DNA from: Candidatus Latescibacterota bacterium
Lineage (GTDB): Bacteria > Latescibacterota > UBA2968 > GCA-2709665
Assembly: GCA_965222075.1 (NCBI GenBank)
Contig: OZ244937.1
Coordinates: forward strand, 480,001 to 544,000
Reading direction: 5' to 3'
Length of the DNA stretch: 64,000 nt
The notes beneath the pieces were generated by a model. That model saw only the letters and a program-made list of their open reading frames with translations, did no database searches and had not been told where the DNA came from. The position numbers and the translations under genes are program-made. The stretch's first letter is position 1. The number at the start of each line of letters is the position of its first letter. This document shows positions 27,725-39,259 of this stretch, one piece after another.

Positions 27725-29713
27725 TTATGGCGCAGCGGCCAGGGCTTCGAGGATGGCGTTGACGTCGTAGACGCAGCCGCCCCAGGTTCCCCCGCCGACG
27801 TTCTGGAGGGCGGCCCAGAGGCGGGTGTCGTCGGGCAGGTCGGGGTCGGGCGCCAGGTCGGGGTGGCGGGGGCGGCGGGCGAGGATGCGGGCACCGGCAC
27901 CGGCGCCGAAGCGTTCCGTTTTGTGGCCCACCAGGTTGACGCTGCCTTCGAGGGTGTTCCGGTCGATGACGATTTCGACCATGTCGCCATCGGTGAGTTT
28001 GCCGACCGGGCCGCCGGCGAGGGCCTCCGGACCGATGTGGCCGATGCAGGCACCGGTGGAGAAGCCGGAGAAGCGGGCGTCGGTGAGGACGGCGACCCGT
28101 TTCCCAAAGTCGAGGTATTTGAGCGAGGTGGTGATCTGGGCGATTTCCTCCATGCCTGCGCCCATGGGCCCCCGGCCGATGAGGACCATGACGTCGCCCG
28201 GTTTGACGCCTCCGGGGCCGGGGTCTTTCAGGGCGGCGATGGCGGCACGTTCGGTTGTGAAGGTTTTGGCAGGGCCGGTTGTGCGGTAGACGCCGTCTGC
28301 GTCGACGACGGTGGGGTCGATGGCCGTGCTTTTGATGACGGAGCCTTCGGGGGCGATGTTGCCGGTGGGGAAGCAGACGGTGCTGGTCAGCCCCCTCTCC
28401 CGCGCCCGGTCGGGGCGCATGATGACGTCTTCCGGGGCAACGCCGTCCAGGTCCCGGAGGCGCTTCCGGAAGCGGGTGCGGCGTTCTGAGGATTCCCACC
28501 AGTCGAGGTTTTCGCCAACCGAACGTCCCGAGACGGTGAGGGCGGCCTCCCTGAGGAGGCCCAGGCGGCGGAGTTGGCGCATCACTTCGGGGACGCCGCC
28601 GGCGAGGAAGGCCCGGATGGTGGGGTGATAGTGGGGGCCGTTGGGCAGGACATCGACGAGGCGGGGAACCTGGCGGTTGACCCTGTTCCAGTCGTCCACG
28701 GTAGGGCGGGAAAGGCCGGCTGCGTAGGCGACCGCCGGGATGTGCAGGAGGAGGTTGGTGGAGCCGCCGAAGGCGGCGTGTGTGACCATGGCGTTGTGGA
28801 GTGCGTCATCGGTGAGGAGGTCGCGGGTGGTGAGGCCGACGGCCTGGAGGCCCAGGAGCGCCCGAGCGGATCGGCGGGCCATGTCGAACCAGACCGGCTC
28901 TCCGGATGGGGCGAGGGCGGAGTGGGGCAGGGCGAGGCCGAGGGCCTCGGCCACGACCTGGGATGTGGCCGCTGTGCCGAGGAACTGGCAGCCGCCTCCG
29001 GGGCTGGCGCAGGCCCGGCAGCCCAGGTCCTGGACGTCTTCGATGGTTATTTCGCCGTGGGCGAGACGGGCGCCCACAGACTGGATCTTGCCGGCGTCTT
29101 CGCCCTGTTCGGGGGGGAGGGTAACGCCGCCGGGCACGATGACGGCGGGCAAGGTGTGCATGGCGGCAAGGGCTATCATCATGGCGGGGAGGCCTTTGTC
29201 GCAGGTGCCGACGCCGATGAGGCCTTTTCGGGTGGGCAGGGAGCGGACGAGGCGGCGCAGGACGGTTGCCGCGTCGTTGCGGTAGGGGAGGCTGTCGAGC
29301 ATGCCGGTTGTGCCCTGGGTGCGCCCGTCGCAGGGGTCGGAGCAGTAGCCGGCAAAGGGGATGCCACCGAGGCGAGAGATCTCCCGGGCGGCTTCCTGCA
29401 TGAGCAGGCCGACTTCCCAGTGGCCGGTGTGATAGCCCAGGGCGATGGGAGTACCGTCGGGCGCCCGGATGCCGCCCTGCGTGCTGAGGATGAGGAATTC
29501 CGGGCGGCCAAGCTCGGCCGGGTTCCACCCCATACCCGCGTTCTGGGTGTAGCCGAAGATGTCGCCGCTGGGGGCGTTGATAACCTGTTCTTCGGTGAGG
29601 GTGATCAGACGGCCTTCCGGACCGGGCGCGCGGGACCGGACGGTGTAGATCGAATCGTCGTCGGACTGGACGATGGCTTTGAAGGGGATGGAGGGGATGG
29701 TGTTGGTGGTCAT
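27725..29713 (-). CDS. YjhG/YagF-family D-xylonate dehydratase (IlvD/Edd family)
   Basis: [52 protein letters not shown]. Confidence 0.9.
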   Translation of the reverse strand: MTTNTIPSIPFKAIVQSDDDSIYTVRSRAPGPEGRLITLTEEQVINAPSGDIFGYTQNAGMGWNPAELGRPEFLILSTQGGIRAPDGTPIALGYHTGHWEVGLLMQEAAREISRLGGIPFAGYCSDPCDGRTQGTTGMLDSLPYRNDAATVLRRLVRSLPTRKGLIGVGTCDKGLPAMMIALAAMHTLPAVIVPGGVTLPPEQGEDAGKIQSVGARLAHGEITIEDVQDLGCRACASPGGGCQFLGTAATSQVVAEALGLALPHSALAPSGEPVWFDMARRSARALLGLQAVGLTTRDLLTDDALHNAMVTHAAFGGSTNLLLHIPAVAYAAGLSRPTVDDWNRVNRQVPRLVDVLPNGPHYHPTIRAFLAGGVPEVMRQLRRLGLLREAALTVSGRSVGENLDWWESSERRTRFRKRLRDLDGVAPEDVIMRPDRARERGLTSTVCFPTGNIAPEGSVIKSTAIDPTVVDADGVYRTTGPAKTFTTERAAIAALKDPGPGGVKPGDVMVLIGRGPMGAGMEEIAQITTSLKYLDFGKRVAVLTDARFSGFSTGACIGHIGPEALAGGPVGKLTDGDMVEIVIDRNTLEGSVNLVGHKTERFGAGAGARILARRPRHPDLAPDPDLPDDTRLWAALQNVGGGTWGGCVYDVNAILEALAAAP

Positions 29714-29747
29714 GGAAAAACTCAGCGATTAGGGGTCAGGGGATTGT

Positions 29748-30518
29748 CTATTTCAGGCCCATCGCCTGGAGGTTTCTGAGGCTGATGCCCAGGCTTTCAA
29801 AGGGGTCTCTCTGGCTCCTGTCCTGCTCGACGATGTACCAGCGGGTGCCGGCCTCTTTGCAGGCGTCGAGGATGGCGGGCCAGTTGAGGTTGCCTTCGCC
29901 GACTTCGGCGAAGTGCTGTTCGCGGCCTTTCATGGCCATGTCTTTGACGTGGACCAGGTCGGCGCGGCCCTTCGCTTTGCGGATCCAGGCGGCGGGATCG
30001 CCGCCTCCGTGCTGGATCCAGTAGGTGTCGATTTCCAGCTGGAAGAGGTCGGGGTCGCTCTCTTCAAAGAGGATGTCCAGGCCGGTGCGATCGCCGAATT
30101 TTTCGAGTTCGAAGCTGTGGTTGTGGTAGCCGAAGGTGAGGCCGGCCCCGGCAAGTTTGCGGGCGACTTCGGAGGCCTCCTGCGCGAATTTCTTGAACCC
30201 GTCTCCACCCGCTTCGCGGTAGGACTGCGGCAGGCCGCCAATGGCGGGATATTTGCAGTCATAGATGAGGTGCTCATCGATGACTGCCTGGGGATCATCG
30301 CGCATGCGCTCGTAGCCGGTGTGGGTGGCGCAGATGGTGAGGCCTTCGCCGTCGGCCATGGTTTTGAGTTCTGTGGGGTCGATTTCTCCCAGGGCCGAGA
30401 TCTGCATGGCGTCGTAGCCGAGGGCTTTTACCTTTTTGAGGGCGGTAGCGATGTCGGCAGGCGTTCTGGTGAAGTCTCGAACGGTATACATCTGCGCTGC
30501 CAGGACGGTGCTGGACAT
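29748..30518 (-). CDS. Sugar phosphate isomerase/epimerase (TIM barrel)
   Basis: AQMYTVRD, GYHNHSFE, EIDTYW, VHVKD, IVEQD. Confidence 0.88.
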   Translation of the reverse strand: MSSTVLAAQMYTVRDFTRTPADIATALKKVKALGYDAMQISALGEIDPTELKTMADGEGLTICATHTGYERMRDDPQAVIDEHLIYDCKYPAIGGLPQSYREAGGDGFKKFAQEASEVARKLAGAGLTFGYHNHSFELEKFGDRTGLDILFEESDPDLFQLEIDTYWIQHGGGDPAAWIRKAKGRADLVHVKDMAMKGREQHFAEVGEGNLNWPAILDACKEAGTRWYIVEQDRSQRDPFESLGISLRNLQAMGLK

Positions 30519-30556
30519 TTTTTGCTCCTTTTGTATCCGGTTGTCTCTCACAGGGA

Positions 30557-31555
30557 TCAGAACCGCGTGTTCGGGTAATGTGCAAAAGGCGTTTCCACGC
30601 CCAGTATGTCGGCCTCTTTTTGAAGTACCTGCCGATGTTCGTCGCTGATGGGAATCCCTTTTTGTTCGTTCTCTTTTGCCCACATCCATTCGTTGCCGCC
30701 CGCCAGTTCCGCCCGCTCCATGCCGGGCAGAGGCTTCGTTTGACGGGCATCGCCGATAAAGCGGTCCATCTCCCGCTTCAGTTCGTCCAGGGGCATGAAA
30801 TGGTCCACATTGACCACGGCGATGAAGGCACCGTGGTCCGAATCCCACGGCGAGGCCTGGCATTCCGGTCTGTAAGCACCCGCGAATACACCGCCCAGGG
30901 CCCTCAGGACCGAACACAGCGCCATGGCCTTGAAGAAGGTTGTGGGCAGCCGCTGGAACAGTTCCTCCTCGAAATTGATGAGTGTTCCCCCCATATCCAT
31001 CACCAGCGGCGGCTGCTCCCCGGCCGGAATCGCCACGCTGATCGGCGAGGTGTTGACAACGTCGAAAATCATACTTCCCGGTTCGATATACGTCCCGTAC
31101 GACGAAACGGACAGCCCGATGCAGTCGTGGGCCACGGCCAGCCTGGCGTAATTGCTGGCCGCGCCGACGTGCTGGTGATTGCGCGTGGTAAGCGCCGCCA
31201 CGCCGCCCGCTCTGGCTTTTTCGATGATCTTTTGCGTCCCCTCATAGCACGGAAAGTATCCCAGACCTCCATCTCCGTCCATCACCAGGGCCGCGGGTGC
31301 CTCGGTTACCACTGAGATTTTTGGACGGGGATTGACGGCTCCGTCTTTGATCTTTTGCAGATAATAAGGCACCTGCCTGGTGCCGTGGCTGAAGAGGCAG
31401 CGCAGGTCGTTTCCGGTCAGGATATCTCCCAGCAGCTCCGCATCTTCCCGTGGCATTCCGACTTTCTTAAAGAGACTGACAATCAGCCTTAGCATTTCTT
31501 CCGCCGGCAGACGGATGCCGTGCTCGGGCGGGTAGTTTCGCTTATTCAGATTCAT
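30557..31555 (-). CDS. Ldh_2 (malate/L-lactate dehydrogenase-like) oxidoreductase
   Basis: NDLRCLFSHG, DGDGGLG, RNHQHVGA. Confidence 0.8.
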   Translation of the reverse strand: MNLNKRNYPPEHGIRLPAEEMLRLIVSLFKKVGMPREDAELLGDILTGNDLRCLFSHGTRQVPYYLQKIKDGAVNPRPKISVVTEAPAALVMDGDGGLGYFPCYEGTQKIIEKARAGGVAALTTRNHQHVGAASNYARLAVAHDCIGLSVSSYGTYIEPGSMIFDVVNTSPISVAIPAGEQPPLVMDMGGTLINFEEELFQRLPTTFFKAMALCSVLRALGGVFAGAYRPECQASPWDSDHGAFIAVVNVDHFMPLDELKREMDRFIGDARQTKPLPGMERAELAGGNEWMWAKENEQKGIPISDEHRQVLQKEADILGVETPFAHYPNTRF

Positions 31556-31597
31556 TTCTTGAAAACCTCCCAGGGAAAGTATATGGACGGGTGTCAC

Positions 31598-32833
31598 TTA
31601 ATTGAGGGATTCCATTGGCCCCAGGGCCACCAGTGAGAAGTCGCCGTCTAAGGGATAGGCCTCCAGGTATTCGGCGATGCGCTTTGGGGTGACGGCGTCG
31701 ATTTCGGCGATCTCTTCTTCAAGGGTTTTGAGTGGGGTGTTCGTACTCAGGCTGCCGACGATTTGGGAGAAGCGAGAAAGGCCGTGTTCACCGCCGCAGA
31801 CGAGGGCGGTGGCATGTTTGGTGCGGGCCCTGGCGAGGGCCTCGGCATCGACTCCCTTTTTCAGGTCGGCCATTTCCTGACGGACGATGTCGAGCACCCG
31901 GGACACATTCTTGGGATCGACCGAGGCGTAGAGGTAGAAGAGGCCGGTGTCGCTGAAGCCGTAGTAGTCGGCCGAAGCTTCGTCGGCCAGGCCTTTTTGA
32001 ACGATGGACCAGAAGAGCCGGCTGTTGCTGGCGGCCCCCAGGTAGGCGGCGAGCAGGTCGGCCGTGGTTGCCCAGGTATCGGCTTCGGGCGGGGCGGAGA
32101 GGGCCAGGGCGAGGTGTTCCCGGGATACATTGTCCCGTTTTACCGTGCGGGTGGAGGTGTGGAAGGTGGGGGCGGGCTGTGTGCGGCCCGCCTCCTGAGG
32201 CTCCCAGCCCCCGCAGTGGGTTTCCACCGCGCGGATGATTTCGTCCCGGTCGAATTTTCCCGTGATGATGAAGGTCAGGTTGTTGGGGGCGTAGCGGCGC
32301 TGGAAATAGTCGGCCATCCGGTCCCGGGTGATGCCGCCCACGGTCTCTTCGGTTCCCAGGATGCTCCGACCGAGGGGGTGGCCGGCAAAGGTGTCCTGGA
32401 TGAGTTCGTCGACGATGAGGGCGTCGGGGCGGTCCCTGTACATAGCGATCTCTTCGAGGATGACCTTTTTTTCCATATCGAACTCACCGGGGGGGAGGGT
32501 GGATCGCATCATGTCGCTCAGGATCTCGATCGAGTCGCCCGCCCGCTCGCTCTGCACCCAGTGGAAGTAGGCGGTGCCTTCCCACCAGGTATAGGCGTTC
32601 CACATGGCGCCCAGGTCGTCCACGTCTAAGGTGAGCTGGCGCCAGTCTCTTTTTGTTGTGCCTTTAAAGCACATGTGCTCTAAAAAGTGGGAGACGCCGG
32701 CCAACCCGGCGGGTTCGTCCCGGGAGCCGGTATTGGCAAAAAAGCCGAGTGCCGCAGAGTTGATTCGAGGGATGGTCTCGAAGACGAGGGTAAGGCCGTT
32801 GTCCAGGGTGTGTTTGGAGAAGGGTGAAGACAT
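31598..32833 (-). CDS. M16 zinc peptidase, catalytic subunit
   Basis: HFLEH (HXXEH) motif, EKKVILEE. Confidence 0.9.
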   Translation of the reverse strand: MSSPFSKHTLDNGLTLVFETIPRINSAALGFFANTGSRDEPAGLAGVSHFLEHMCFKGTTKRDWRQLTLDVDDLGAMWNAYTWWEGTAYFHWVQSERAGDSIEILSDMMRSTLPPGEFDMEKKVILEEIAMYRDRPDALIVDELIQDTFAGHPLGRSILGTEETVGGITRDRMADYFQRRYAPNNLTFIITGKFDRDEIIRAVETHCGGWEPQEAGRTQPAPTFHTSTRTVKRDNVSREHLALALSAPPEADTWATTADLLAAYLGAASNSRLFWSIVQKGLADEASADYYGFSDTGLFYLYASVDPKNVSRVLDIVRQEMADLKKGVDAEALARARTKHATALVCGGEHGLSRFSQIVGSLSTNTPLKTLEEEIAEIDAVTPKRIAEYLEAYPLDGDFSLVALGPMESLN

Positions 32834-32902
32834 GGAGTGCTCCCGGGGTGAATGTTGTTCTCATCAGTTTTGTGGGAATTGTGAATTGTCCATCCCCCTA
32901 TC

Positions 32903-34141
32903 TTAAGGTTCAAGGGAGCGGGGGCCCAGCGTGACCAGGGTGGCAGGAGCCGGCGGAAAGGCCTTCAGGTAGGCCGGGATCTGATCGAGGGTGACGCTGT
33001 CGATGCCCCGGGCGATGTCGTCAACGGAGCGCACCCTGCCTTCCAGGAAGAGGTCTTCGATGAGGCTGCCCGCCCGCCCGTCGGGGAGGTCGCCGGTGGT
33101 GAAGAGGCGGCCTTTGAGGACGGTTTTGGACCGGTCGAGTTCGTCCTGGGTAACGTCTTCGGCGAGGCGCTCGATTTCCCGGCGGCAGACGGCGAGGGTT
33201 TCATCGGCGCGATCGGCAGTGGTGCCGGCGTAGAGGACAATCAGGCCGCCGCCCCGGCGGGCACGGTAGAAGGCGGCCACGCTGTAGGCCAGCCCCCGCT
33301 TTTCTCGGACTTCGGTGAAGAGCCGGCTGGAGCCGCTGCCGGAAAGGACGGCTACGGCGAGCTGCCCGGCGTAGTAGAAGTCGTGCCCCCGGGGGACGGC
33401 CTGGAAAAGTATGCCGATGTGTTCCTGTTCGGACGGCTTGTCGTGGTGGACCGTGCGGGCGGCTACGGAGAGGGTGTACGGTGCGCCGGGCGTTTCGCCT
33501 TCGACGGACCATTCGCCAAAGGTTTCCTCGATGGCCTGAAAGATGTCGGAAGCTTCCAGGCCTCCGGCAACCGAGATCAGGAGGTCTTTGGGGTTGCAGA
33601 AGGTGGTCCAGTAGTTGCGCACGCCCGAGGCGGTGATGGTCGCAACCGTTTCCGGTTCGCCTAAGGGGATGCGGCCCATCGGGTCTCCCAGGCCGGCCTG
33701 GGAGGTGAGGTAGAGAACCTGCTGAACCGGGTTGTCCTCCAGCCGCTTCAGCTCTTCCAGGGCGAGGGTTTTGGCGATCTGCACCTGATCGTCGGGGAAG
33801 GAGGCGCTGCGGAAGATCTCCGCATAGAGGGCCAGGGTATCCCGGAAGTGCCGGGGCAAAAGCTGCGCGCGGAATTCGGTGTATTCCACAGCGGTGGACG
33901 ACCCTCGCCGGATGCCGAGGGTGTCGAAGGCGTCGAAGATATCGCGCGCATCCCGGGAGGGGGTGCCTTTAAACAGGGTATCTTCGGCGATGCGCGCCAT
34001 GCCCAGGCGGTCGGAAGGGTCATCTTTTGCGCCGAAGGTGAACCGGAAGACGACCACCGCCGATTGGGCGCCGGCCATCGGCTCGGCAACGGCCTGGATG
34101 CCGTTTTTGAGGGTGTGGCATTCCGGGGCGGGTGAACTCAT
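32903..34141 (-). CDS. M16 peptidase partner subunit (no HXXEH)
   Basis: SRLFTEVREKRGLAY; tandem with the catalytic subunit. Confidence 0.88.
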   Translation of the reverse strand: MSSPAPECHTLKNGIQAVAEPMAGAQSAVVVFRFTFGAKDDPSDRLGMARIAEDTLFKGTPSRDARDIFDAFDTLGIRRGSSTAVEYTEFRAQLLPRHFRDTLALYAEIFRSASFPDDQVQIAKTLALEELKRLEDNPVQQVLYLTSQAGLGDPMGRIPLGEPETVATITASGVRNYWTTFCNPKDLLISVAGGLEASDIFQAIEETFGEWSVEGETPGAPYTLSVAARTVHHDKPSEQEHIGILFQAVPRGHDFYYAGQLAVAVLSGSGSSRLFTEVREKRGLAYSVAAFYRARRGGGLIVLYAGTTADRADETLAVCRREIERLAEDVTQDELDRSKTVLKGRLFTTGDLPDGRAGSLIEDLFLEGRVRSVDDIARGIDSVTLDQIPAYLKAFPPAPATLVTLGPRSLEP

Positions 34142-34194
34142 GGCGTCCCTTTCGTAGAGGTCGGATGAAACGGCGATGGGAAAAGGCAGACTAC

Positions 34195-34320
34195 AAAATA
34201 ACGCGAAGAAGAGGCCCTGTCAACACCGTCCTGCCAGGCCACAGAGAGGTTGGCCACCGGAGCGTATGAAGTGGGGAGAACGCTTTTGGCCTTGACCGGG
34301 AGGGGGGCTGTGTGTATTAT
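34195..34320. promoter_or_regulatory. Divergent sigma70 promoters
   Basis: Minus strand TTGACA-17-TATTTT (34223-34195); plus strand TTGACC-17-TATTAT (34292-34320). Confidence 0.55.
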
Positions 34321-34361
34321 GCTGGGGAACGAGGGATTGAGGATTGGGGAAAGAGGGTTCT

Positions 34362-35335
34362 ATGAAAATAGCCGTAGAAGCGCTGCGGGAGGTTTGCCTG
34401 GGGATTCTGACCGGGCGGGAGGTGGGGGAAGAGGACGCCCGCATTGTGACCGATATCCTGCTGGAGGCGGAGCTGCGGGGGAAGCCGACCCACGGGTTGA
34501 TCCGGCTGCCCGGGATTGTCGAATGGAGCGCGTTGGGGCGGCGGCCGATGCGGCTGGCAAGGGAGGGGGGGGCGCACGCGCTGATTGACGGGCAGGAGAA
34601 CCTGGGCTACCTCGTGGCGCACCGCTGCGCCCGTATGGCGACGGGAAAGGCGAATGAAACGGGGATCGGGGTGGTGGGGGCGTTCAATACCGGGCACTGC
34701 GGGATGCTGGGGTATTATGCGTCAATGATGGCCGATGCGGGCGTGGTGGGGCTGGTGATGTGCGATACGAGTCCCCGGGTGGTGCCCTGGGGAGGCACCG
34801 AGCCGGTGCTGGGCACCAATCCGATCTCGGCGGGGTTTCCGGCGGGGGGGGGCAGGTGGTGGTGGACCTTTCCGTAGCGGCGATTACGAACGGGCAGATC
34901 CTGATGGCCATGGCCGATGGGAAACCGATTCCGGAGGGGTGCGCGCTGGGGCCGGACGGCCGTCCGGCAACGGACCCGGAGACGGCCAGAAAGGGGGCGG
35001 TGCTCCCCTTTGGCGGGCATAAGGGGTATGCTTTGGCGGTGATGATCCAGATTTTTTCGGGTGTTTTGGTTCGCGGGGCGCCGGTGCCCGAGCCGGGGGT
35101 GAATTACGGGATTTTTATGCTGGCGATTTCGCCGTCGGTCTTTCTGAAACGGGAGTTGTTCGAGGCCGGGGTGGGTGAACTGATCGATCGCATCAAGTCG
35201 GCCCGGCGGGCCGAAGGGGTCGGCGAGATCCTGCTGCCGGGTGAGCGGGCGTTCCAGGAGCGGGCGTTCCGGCTGCGGGAGGGGATCGACATGGATGAGG
35301 CACTCTGGCGGAAACTGGAGAGGCTGTTATCGTGA
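34362..35335 (+). CDS. Ldh_2-family oxidoreductase, frameshifted at G9 34844-34852 (likely assembly indel)
   Basis: THGLIRL, GTNPIS, then PFGGHKGYAL, LPGE in the next frame; one extra G restores the frame. Confidence 0.75.
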
Positions 35336-36015
35336 AAAAACTGGTTCTATTTGACATTGACGGGACGATTCTGAGTACCGGCGGCGCGGGTACCCGTTCG
35401 GTGCTGTGGGCGATGAAGACGGTGTTCGGGCGGGAGGTGGGCGTCGAGGATGGCTACTCGATGGGCGGGAAGACCGATGCGCAGATCGTGATAGAACTGC
35501 TGGAAGGCGCAGGGATCGGCCGGGAGGAGACCATCAGGAAGCTGGAACGGATCTGGACGCTTTATACCGCAGAGCTGGAACGGGAGATAAAGACATACGA
35601 TCCGACGGTGCATCCCGGGGTGCCCGAACTGCTGGAGCGGCTGCAGCCCGATGTGCTTCTGGGGCTGCTGACGGGCAATGTGGAGCGGGCGGCGTGGACG
35701 AAAGTGGGGCGGGTGGGGCTGGATCGATACTTCCGGATGGGGGCGTTTGGAGATAAGGCGCCCGAACGAAGGCTGCTGCCGGAGGTTGCGGTGCGAGAAG
35801 CGGAGGCCCTGGTGGGCCGGCGGTTTGAAGGGAAGGATATTGTGATTATCGGGGATACGCCCAATGATATTCTCTGCGGCAGGCACCTGCTTGTAAAGGC
35901 GGTGGCCGTGGCTACAGGGTCGTACTCTGCAGAAGAACTGGCCGAATATGAACCGGATTATCTCTTTGAAAACCTCTGCGATACAAAACGTGCGGCGGAG
36001 GCGGTTTTAAGTTGA
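35332..36015 (+). CDS. HAD-family hydrolase
   Basis: LFDIDGT, LLTGN, IGDTPND. Confidence 0.9.
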   Translation: MKKLVLFDIDGTILSTGGAGTRSVLWAMKTVFGREVGVEDGYSMGGKTDAQIVIELLEGAGIGREETIRKLERIWTLYTAELEREIKTYDPTVHPGVPELLERLQPDVLLGLLTGNVERAAWTKVGRVGLDRYFRMGAFGDKAPERRLLPEVAVREAEALVGRRFEGKDIVIIGDTPNDILCGRHLLVKAVAVATGSYSAEELAEYEPDYLFENLCDTKRAAEAVLS

Positions 36016-36035
36016 TTTTCGGCCTTTCTTTTCTC

Positions 36036-36064
36036 TTGACAGGCGTACCCGGTTTGGGTACCTT
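36036..36064 (+). promoter_or_regulatory. sigma70 promoter of the lysine operon
   Basis: TTGACA-17-TACCTT immediately before the riboswitch. Confidence 0.6.
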
Positions 36065-36075
36065 TCGGACCACAG

Positions 36076-36255
36076 CAAGGGGAGAGGCGCAGCTCACCAC
36101 CAGTAGCCGGCGGGAGGGGGTGGATTCGTACCTGCCGTGTGAAAGGGGAGGCCTGCCGAAGTCCAATGCCCGCTCCACCACGGGCAGGGGCTGGTTCAGT
36201 GGATAAGATCTGCTGGACTGTCACAGGACAACAGACCCTGTGGAGCGCTCTCTTG
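36076..36255 (+). ncRNA. Lysine riboswitch
   Basis: AGAGGCGC..AGTA..GAAAGGG..GCCGAA..CTGTCA..GTGGAGCGCT, P1 pairing, located upstream of dapA. Confidence 0.88.
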
Positions 36256-36273
36256 ACCACGCTGCGGCTGCCC

Positions 36274-36316
36274 GCAGCCGGTGATGCCTCTGCCCCTGGA
36301 TGCCGGCTGCTTTTTT
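36274..36316 (+). terminator. Riboswitch expression-platform terminator
   Basis: GCAGCCGG..CCGGCTGC followed by TTTTTT. Confidence 0.7.
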
Positions 36317-36382
36317 ATTGCTTCACGCTGTCACAGGTTTTCGCACCAGGTGGGGCGCATCTTTTATTTCAGGAGGTCTGTT

Positions 36383-37417
36383 ATGTTCAGTGGATGCTAT
36401 ACCGCTTTGATTACGCCGTTTACCTCCGATAAAGGTGTGGATGAGGCGGGGCTGGAGAAGCTGATTGAATTTCAGGTCTCCGAAGGGGTAAGCGGTGTGC
36501 TTGCCGTAGGGACAACGGGGGAAAGCCCGACGCTGAACCGGGAGGAGCACAGCCGGGTGACCGAACGGGTGTGCGCGCTGGTGAAGGGGCACGGCCGGGC
36601 GATTGCGGGGACGGGGAGCAATTCGACGGAGGAGACGATGCGGGCAACCGAACACGCCGCGCATGCCGGCGCCGATACGGCCCTGCTGGTGGATCCCTAT
36701 TACAACGGTCCGAGTTCCTTAGAGATCCGGCGGGAGTACGTGGGGCCGGTGGCCGGGGCGTTCCCCGAGCTGGAGATGATCTGTTACGTGATTCCGGGAC
36801 GCACGGGCACCAGGCTGCTGCCGGAAGACCTGGCCATCCTCCACCGGGATTATCAGAATGTCAATACGGTGAAGGAGGCCACCGGCGATCTGGAAAACAT
36901 GGCCAGGACGCGGGAATGTTGCGGAGAGGATTTTAACATCCTTTCCGGAGATGACGACAAGACCTACGCCATGATGACGGACTCCGGGATCGTGGCCTCG
37001 GGGGTGATTTCGGTGATGTCCAACGTGGCCCCGGGGGCGATCCAGCGGTTTACCCGGGCCATCAATGAGGGAAACATGGAGGAGGCGGACGGCCTGGCCG
37101 AGGCGATGAAGCCGCTGTTCGGGATGGTCGGGGTGGCTTCGGAGGAGGAGACGCCCTTTGGAAAGACGGAGGTGAAGGCGCGTAATCCCCTGCCGGTCAA
37201 GACGATGATGAGCATCCTCGGGATGCCTGCCGGACCCTGCCGGCAGCCGCTGGGAAGGATGAACCAGAGCGGCCTGGAGAAGGTGCTGGACAACGCCCGC
37301 ACGGTGCAGCATAAGAATCCCGAGATCTTTGCTCCGATCGAGGCGTTCTTCAAAGTCGATATTGCGAAGCGCTTAGAGGGCTGGTCGGTTCCGGAGGGGC
37401 TGGCCTACACAGACTAA
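36383..37417 (+). CDS. dapA: 4-hydroxy-tetrahydrodipicolinate synthase
   Basis: [33 protein letters not shown]; RBS AGGAGG. Confidence 0.92.
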   Translation: MFSGCYTALITPFTSDKGVDEAGLEKLIEFQVSEGVSGVLAVGTTGESPTLNREEHSRVTERVCALVKGHGRAIAGTGSNSTEETMRATEHAAHAGADTALLVDPYYNGPSSLEIRREYVGPVAGAFPELEMICYVIPGRTGTRLLPEDLAILHRDYQNVNTVKEATGDLENMARTRECCGEDFNILSGDDDKTYAMMTDSGIVASGVISVMSNVAPGAIQRFTRAINEGNMEEADGLAEAMKPLFGMVGVASEEETPFGKTEVKARNPLPVKTMMSILGMPAGPCRQPLGRMNQSGLEKVLDNARTVQHKNPEIFAPIEAFFKVDIAKRLEGWSVPEGLAYTD

Positions 37418-37434
37418 AGGATGATATTCAAAAG

Positions 37435-39246
37435 ATGATTAAGGAGGGCTGGGTGGCTGATGCAAGAAGGAGCAATCGGAAGCTGCTGGATTGGGTTGAG
37501 GAGGTAGCCAGGCTCTGTAAGCCCCAGAGCGTGCACTGGTGTGAGGGTTCGCAGGAGGAGTACGACCGGCTTGCACGATTGATGTGTGAGACCGGCACGT
37601 TCGTCCGGCTGAACCCCGCGTTGCGTCCCAACAGTTTTCTCTGCCGTTCGGATGCGGGGGATGTGGCCCGGGTGGAAGACCGCACCTTTATTTGCACCAC
37701 AAAGCGGGAAGACGCCGGACCGACGAACAACTGGAGCGATCCCGCTGAGATGAAGACCATCCTGCTGGGCCTGTTTGAGGGGGCGATGCGGGGGCGGACG
37801 ATGTATGTGATTCCGTATTCGATGGGGCCTGTGGGCGCATCCAGCTCCAAGATTGGGGTGGAGATTACGGATTCTCCTTACGTGGTGTGCAGCATGCGGA
37901 TTATGACCCGCATCGGAAACCGGGTGCTGGAGGCGCTGGGCGACGGTGCGTTTCTGCCCTGTTTACACTCGGTGGGCGCGCCCCTGGCGCCGGGACAGAA
38001 GGATGTGTCCTGGCCCTGCGATGCGGAGCGCAAGTATATTGTTCATTTTCCCGAGGACCCTTCCATCTGGTCCTACGGCTCGGGCTACGGCGGGAATGCC
38101 CTGCTGGGCAAGAAGTGCTTTGCGTTGCGCATTGCTTCGAAGATGGCGCGCGACGAAGGGTGGATGGCCGAGCACATGCTGATTCTGGGCCTCACTTCGC
38201 CCGAAGGTCGGAAGACTTATATCGGCGGAGCGTTCCCCTCGGCCTGCGGCAAGACGAACCTGGCCATGATCCAGCCCACGGTTCCGGGCTGGAAGGCGCA
38301 ATGCGTGGGCGACGATATCGCCTGGATGCGGCAGGGGGCGGACGGACGGCTCTGTGCGATCAATCCGGAGTCCGGGTTTTTCGGGGTGGCGCCCGGGACC
38401 AGTGAGGATTCAAACGCGAATGCGATGGCCGCGCTGACCAGGAACTCTATTTTTACCAATACGGCATTGACGTCCGAAGGGGATGTATGGTGGGAGGATA
38501 TGACCGGGAAACCGCCGCCCGGGCTGGAGGACTGGCTGGGCCGGCCCTGGGAGCCGGGCCCGGATGGGACGGCCTCCAATCCGAATGCCCGGTACACCGC
38601 CCCGGCGGCGCAGTGCCCGGTTATTGATCCGGACTGGGAGCGTCCCGACGGGGTGCCGATGGCGGCCTTTATTTTTGGCGGCCGGCGTTCCAGCATGGTG
38701 CCGCTGGTCTACGAGGCGTTCAACTGGACGCACGGCGTTTTTATGGGGTCGACCATGGGGTCGGAGACCACAGCCGCGGCTGCGGGCGCGGTGGGGAAAC
38801 TTCGCCGGGACCCGTTTGCCATGCTGCCCTTCTGCGGATATCACATGGGCGACTATTTCCAGCACTGGCTGGATATGGGAGAAAAGCTGAGGGAGAACGC
38901 GCCCAGGATTTTTTGCGTGAACTGGTTCCGAAAGGACGCGGACGGCGGCTGGCTCTGGCCCGGGTTCAGGGAGAACAGCCGGGTGCTGAGGTGGATTTGC
39001 GAGCGGATCGAGGGGGTGGCCGACGCGGTGGAGACGCCGATCGGCCTGGTGCCCACGCGGGAATCGCTGGATATGGATGGGCTGGATCTGCCGGAGGCCC
39101 ACATCGAGGAGCTGCTTTCGGTGCAGGCCGAGGACTGGCTGCTTGAGGTGCCCCGGATTCGCGAGTTCTACGCCCGGTTCGGAGACCGCCTGCCGGGCGC
39201 GCTGGCGGCAGAACTGGATGCGCTTGAGAAGCGGCTGAATCGGTGA
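37435..39246 (+). CDS. pckG: GTP-dependent phosphoenolpyruvate carboxykinase
   Basis: [45 protein letters not shown]. Confidence 0.96.
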   Translation: MIKEGWVADARRSNRKLLDWVEEVARLCKPQSVHWCEGSQEEYDRLARLMCETGTFVRLNPALRPNSFLCRSDAGDVARVEDRTFICTTKREDAGPTNNWSDPAEMKTILLGLFEGAMRGRTMYVIPYSMGPVGASSSKIGVEITDSPYVVCSMRIMTRIGNRVLEALGDGAFLPCLHSVGAPLAPGQKDVSWPCDAERKYIVHFPEDPSIWSYGSGYGGNALLGKKCFALRIASKMARDEGWMAEHMLILGLTSPEGRKTYIGGAFPSACGKTNLAMIQPTVPGWKAQCVGDDIAWMRQGADGRLCAINPESGFFGVAPGTSEDSNANAMAALTRNSIFTNTALTSEGDVWWEDMTGKPPPGLEDWLGRPWEPGPDGTASNPNARYTAPAAQCPVIDPDWERPDGVPMAAFIFGGRRSSMVPLVYEAFNWTHGVFMGSTMGSETTAAAAGAVGKLRRDPFAMLPFCGYHMGDYFQHWLDMGEKLRENAPRIFCVNWFRKDADGGWLWPGFRENSRVLRWICERIEGVADAVETPIGLVPTRESLDMDGLDLPEAHIEELLSVQAEDWLLEVPRIREFYARFGDRLPGALAAELDALEKRLNR

Positions 39247-39259
39247 ATTGGAGGACGCG

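Noticed and set aside
31598-34141. M16 peptidase pair as a novel system
   Set aside because: Active plus inactive M16B heterodimer pairs are common.
34844-34852. G9 frameshift as phase variation
   Set aside because: Similar 1-bp losses in short runs occur near 17380, 48820 and 61607, so systematic homopolymer assembly error is more likely. Reads are needed to decide.
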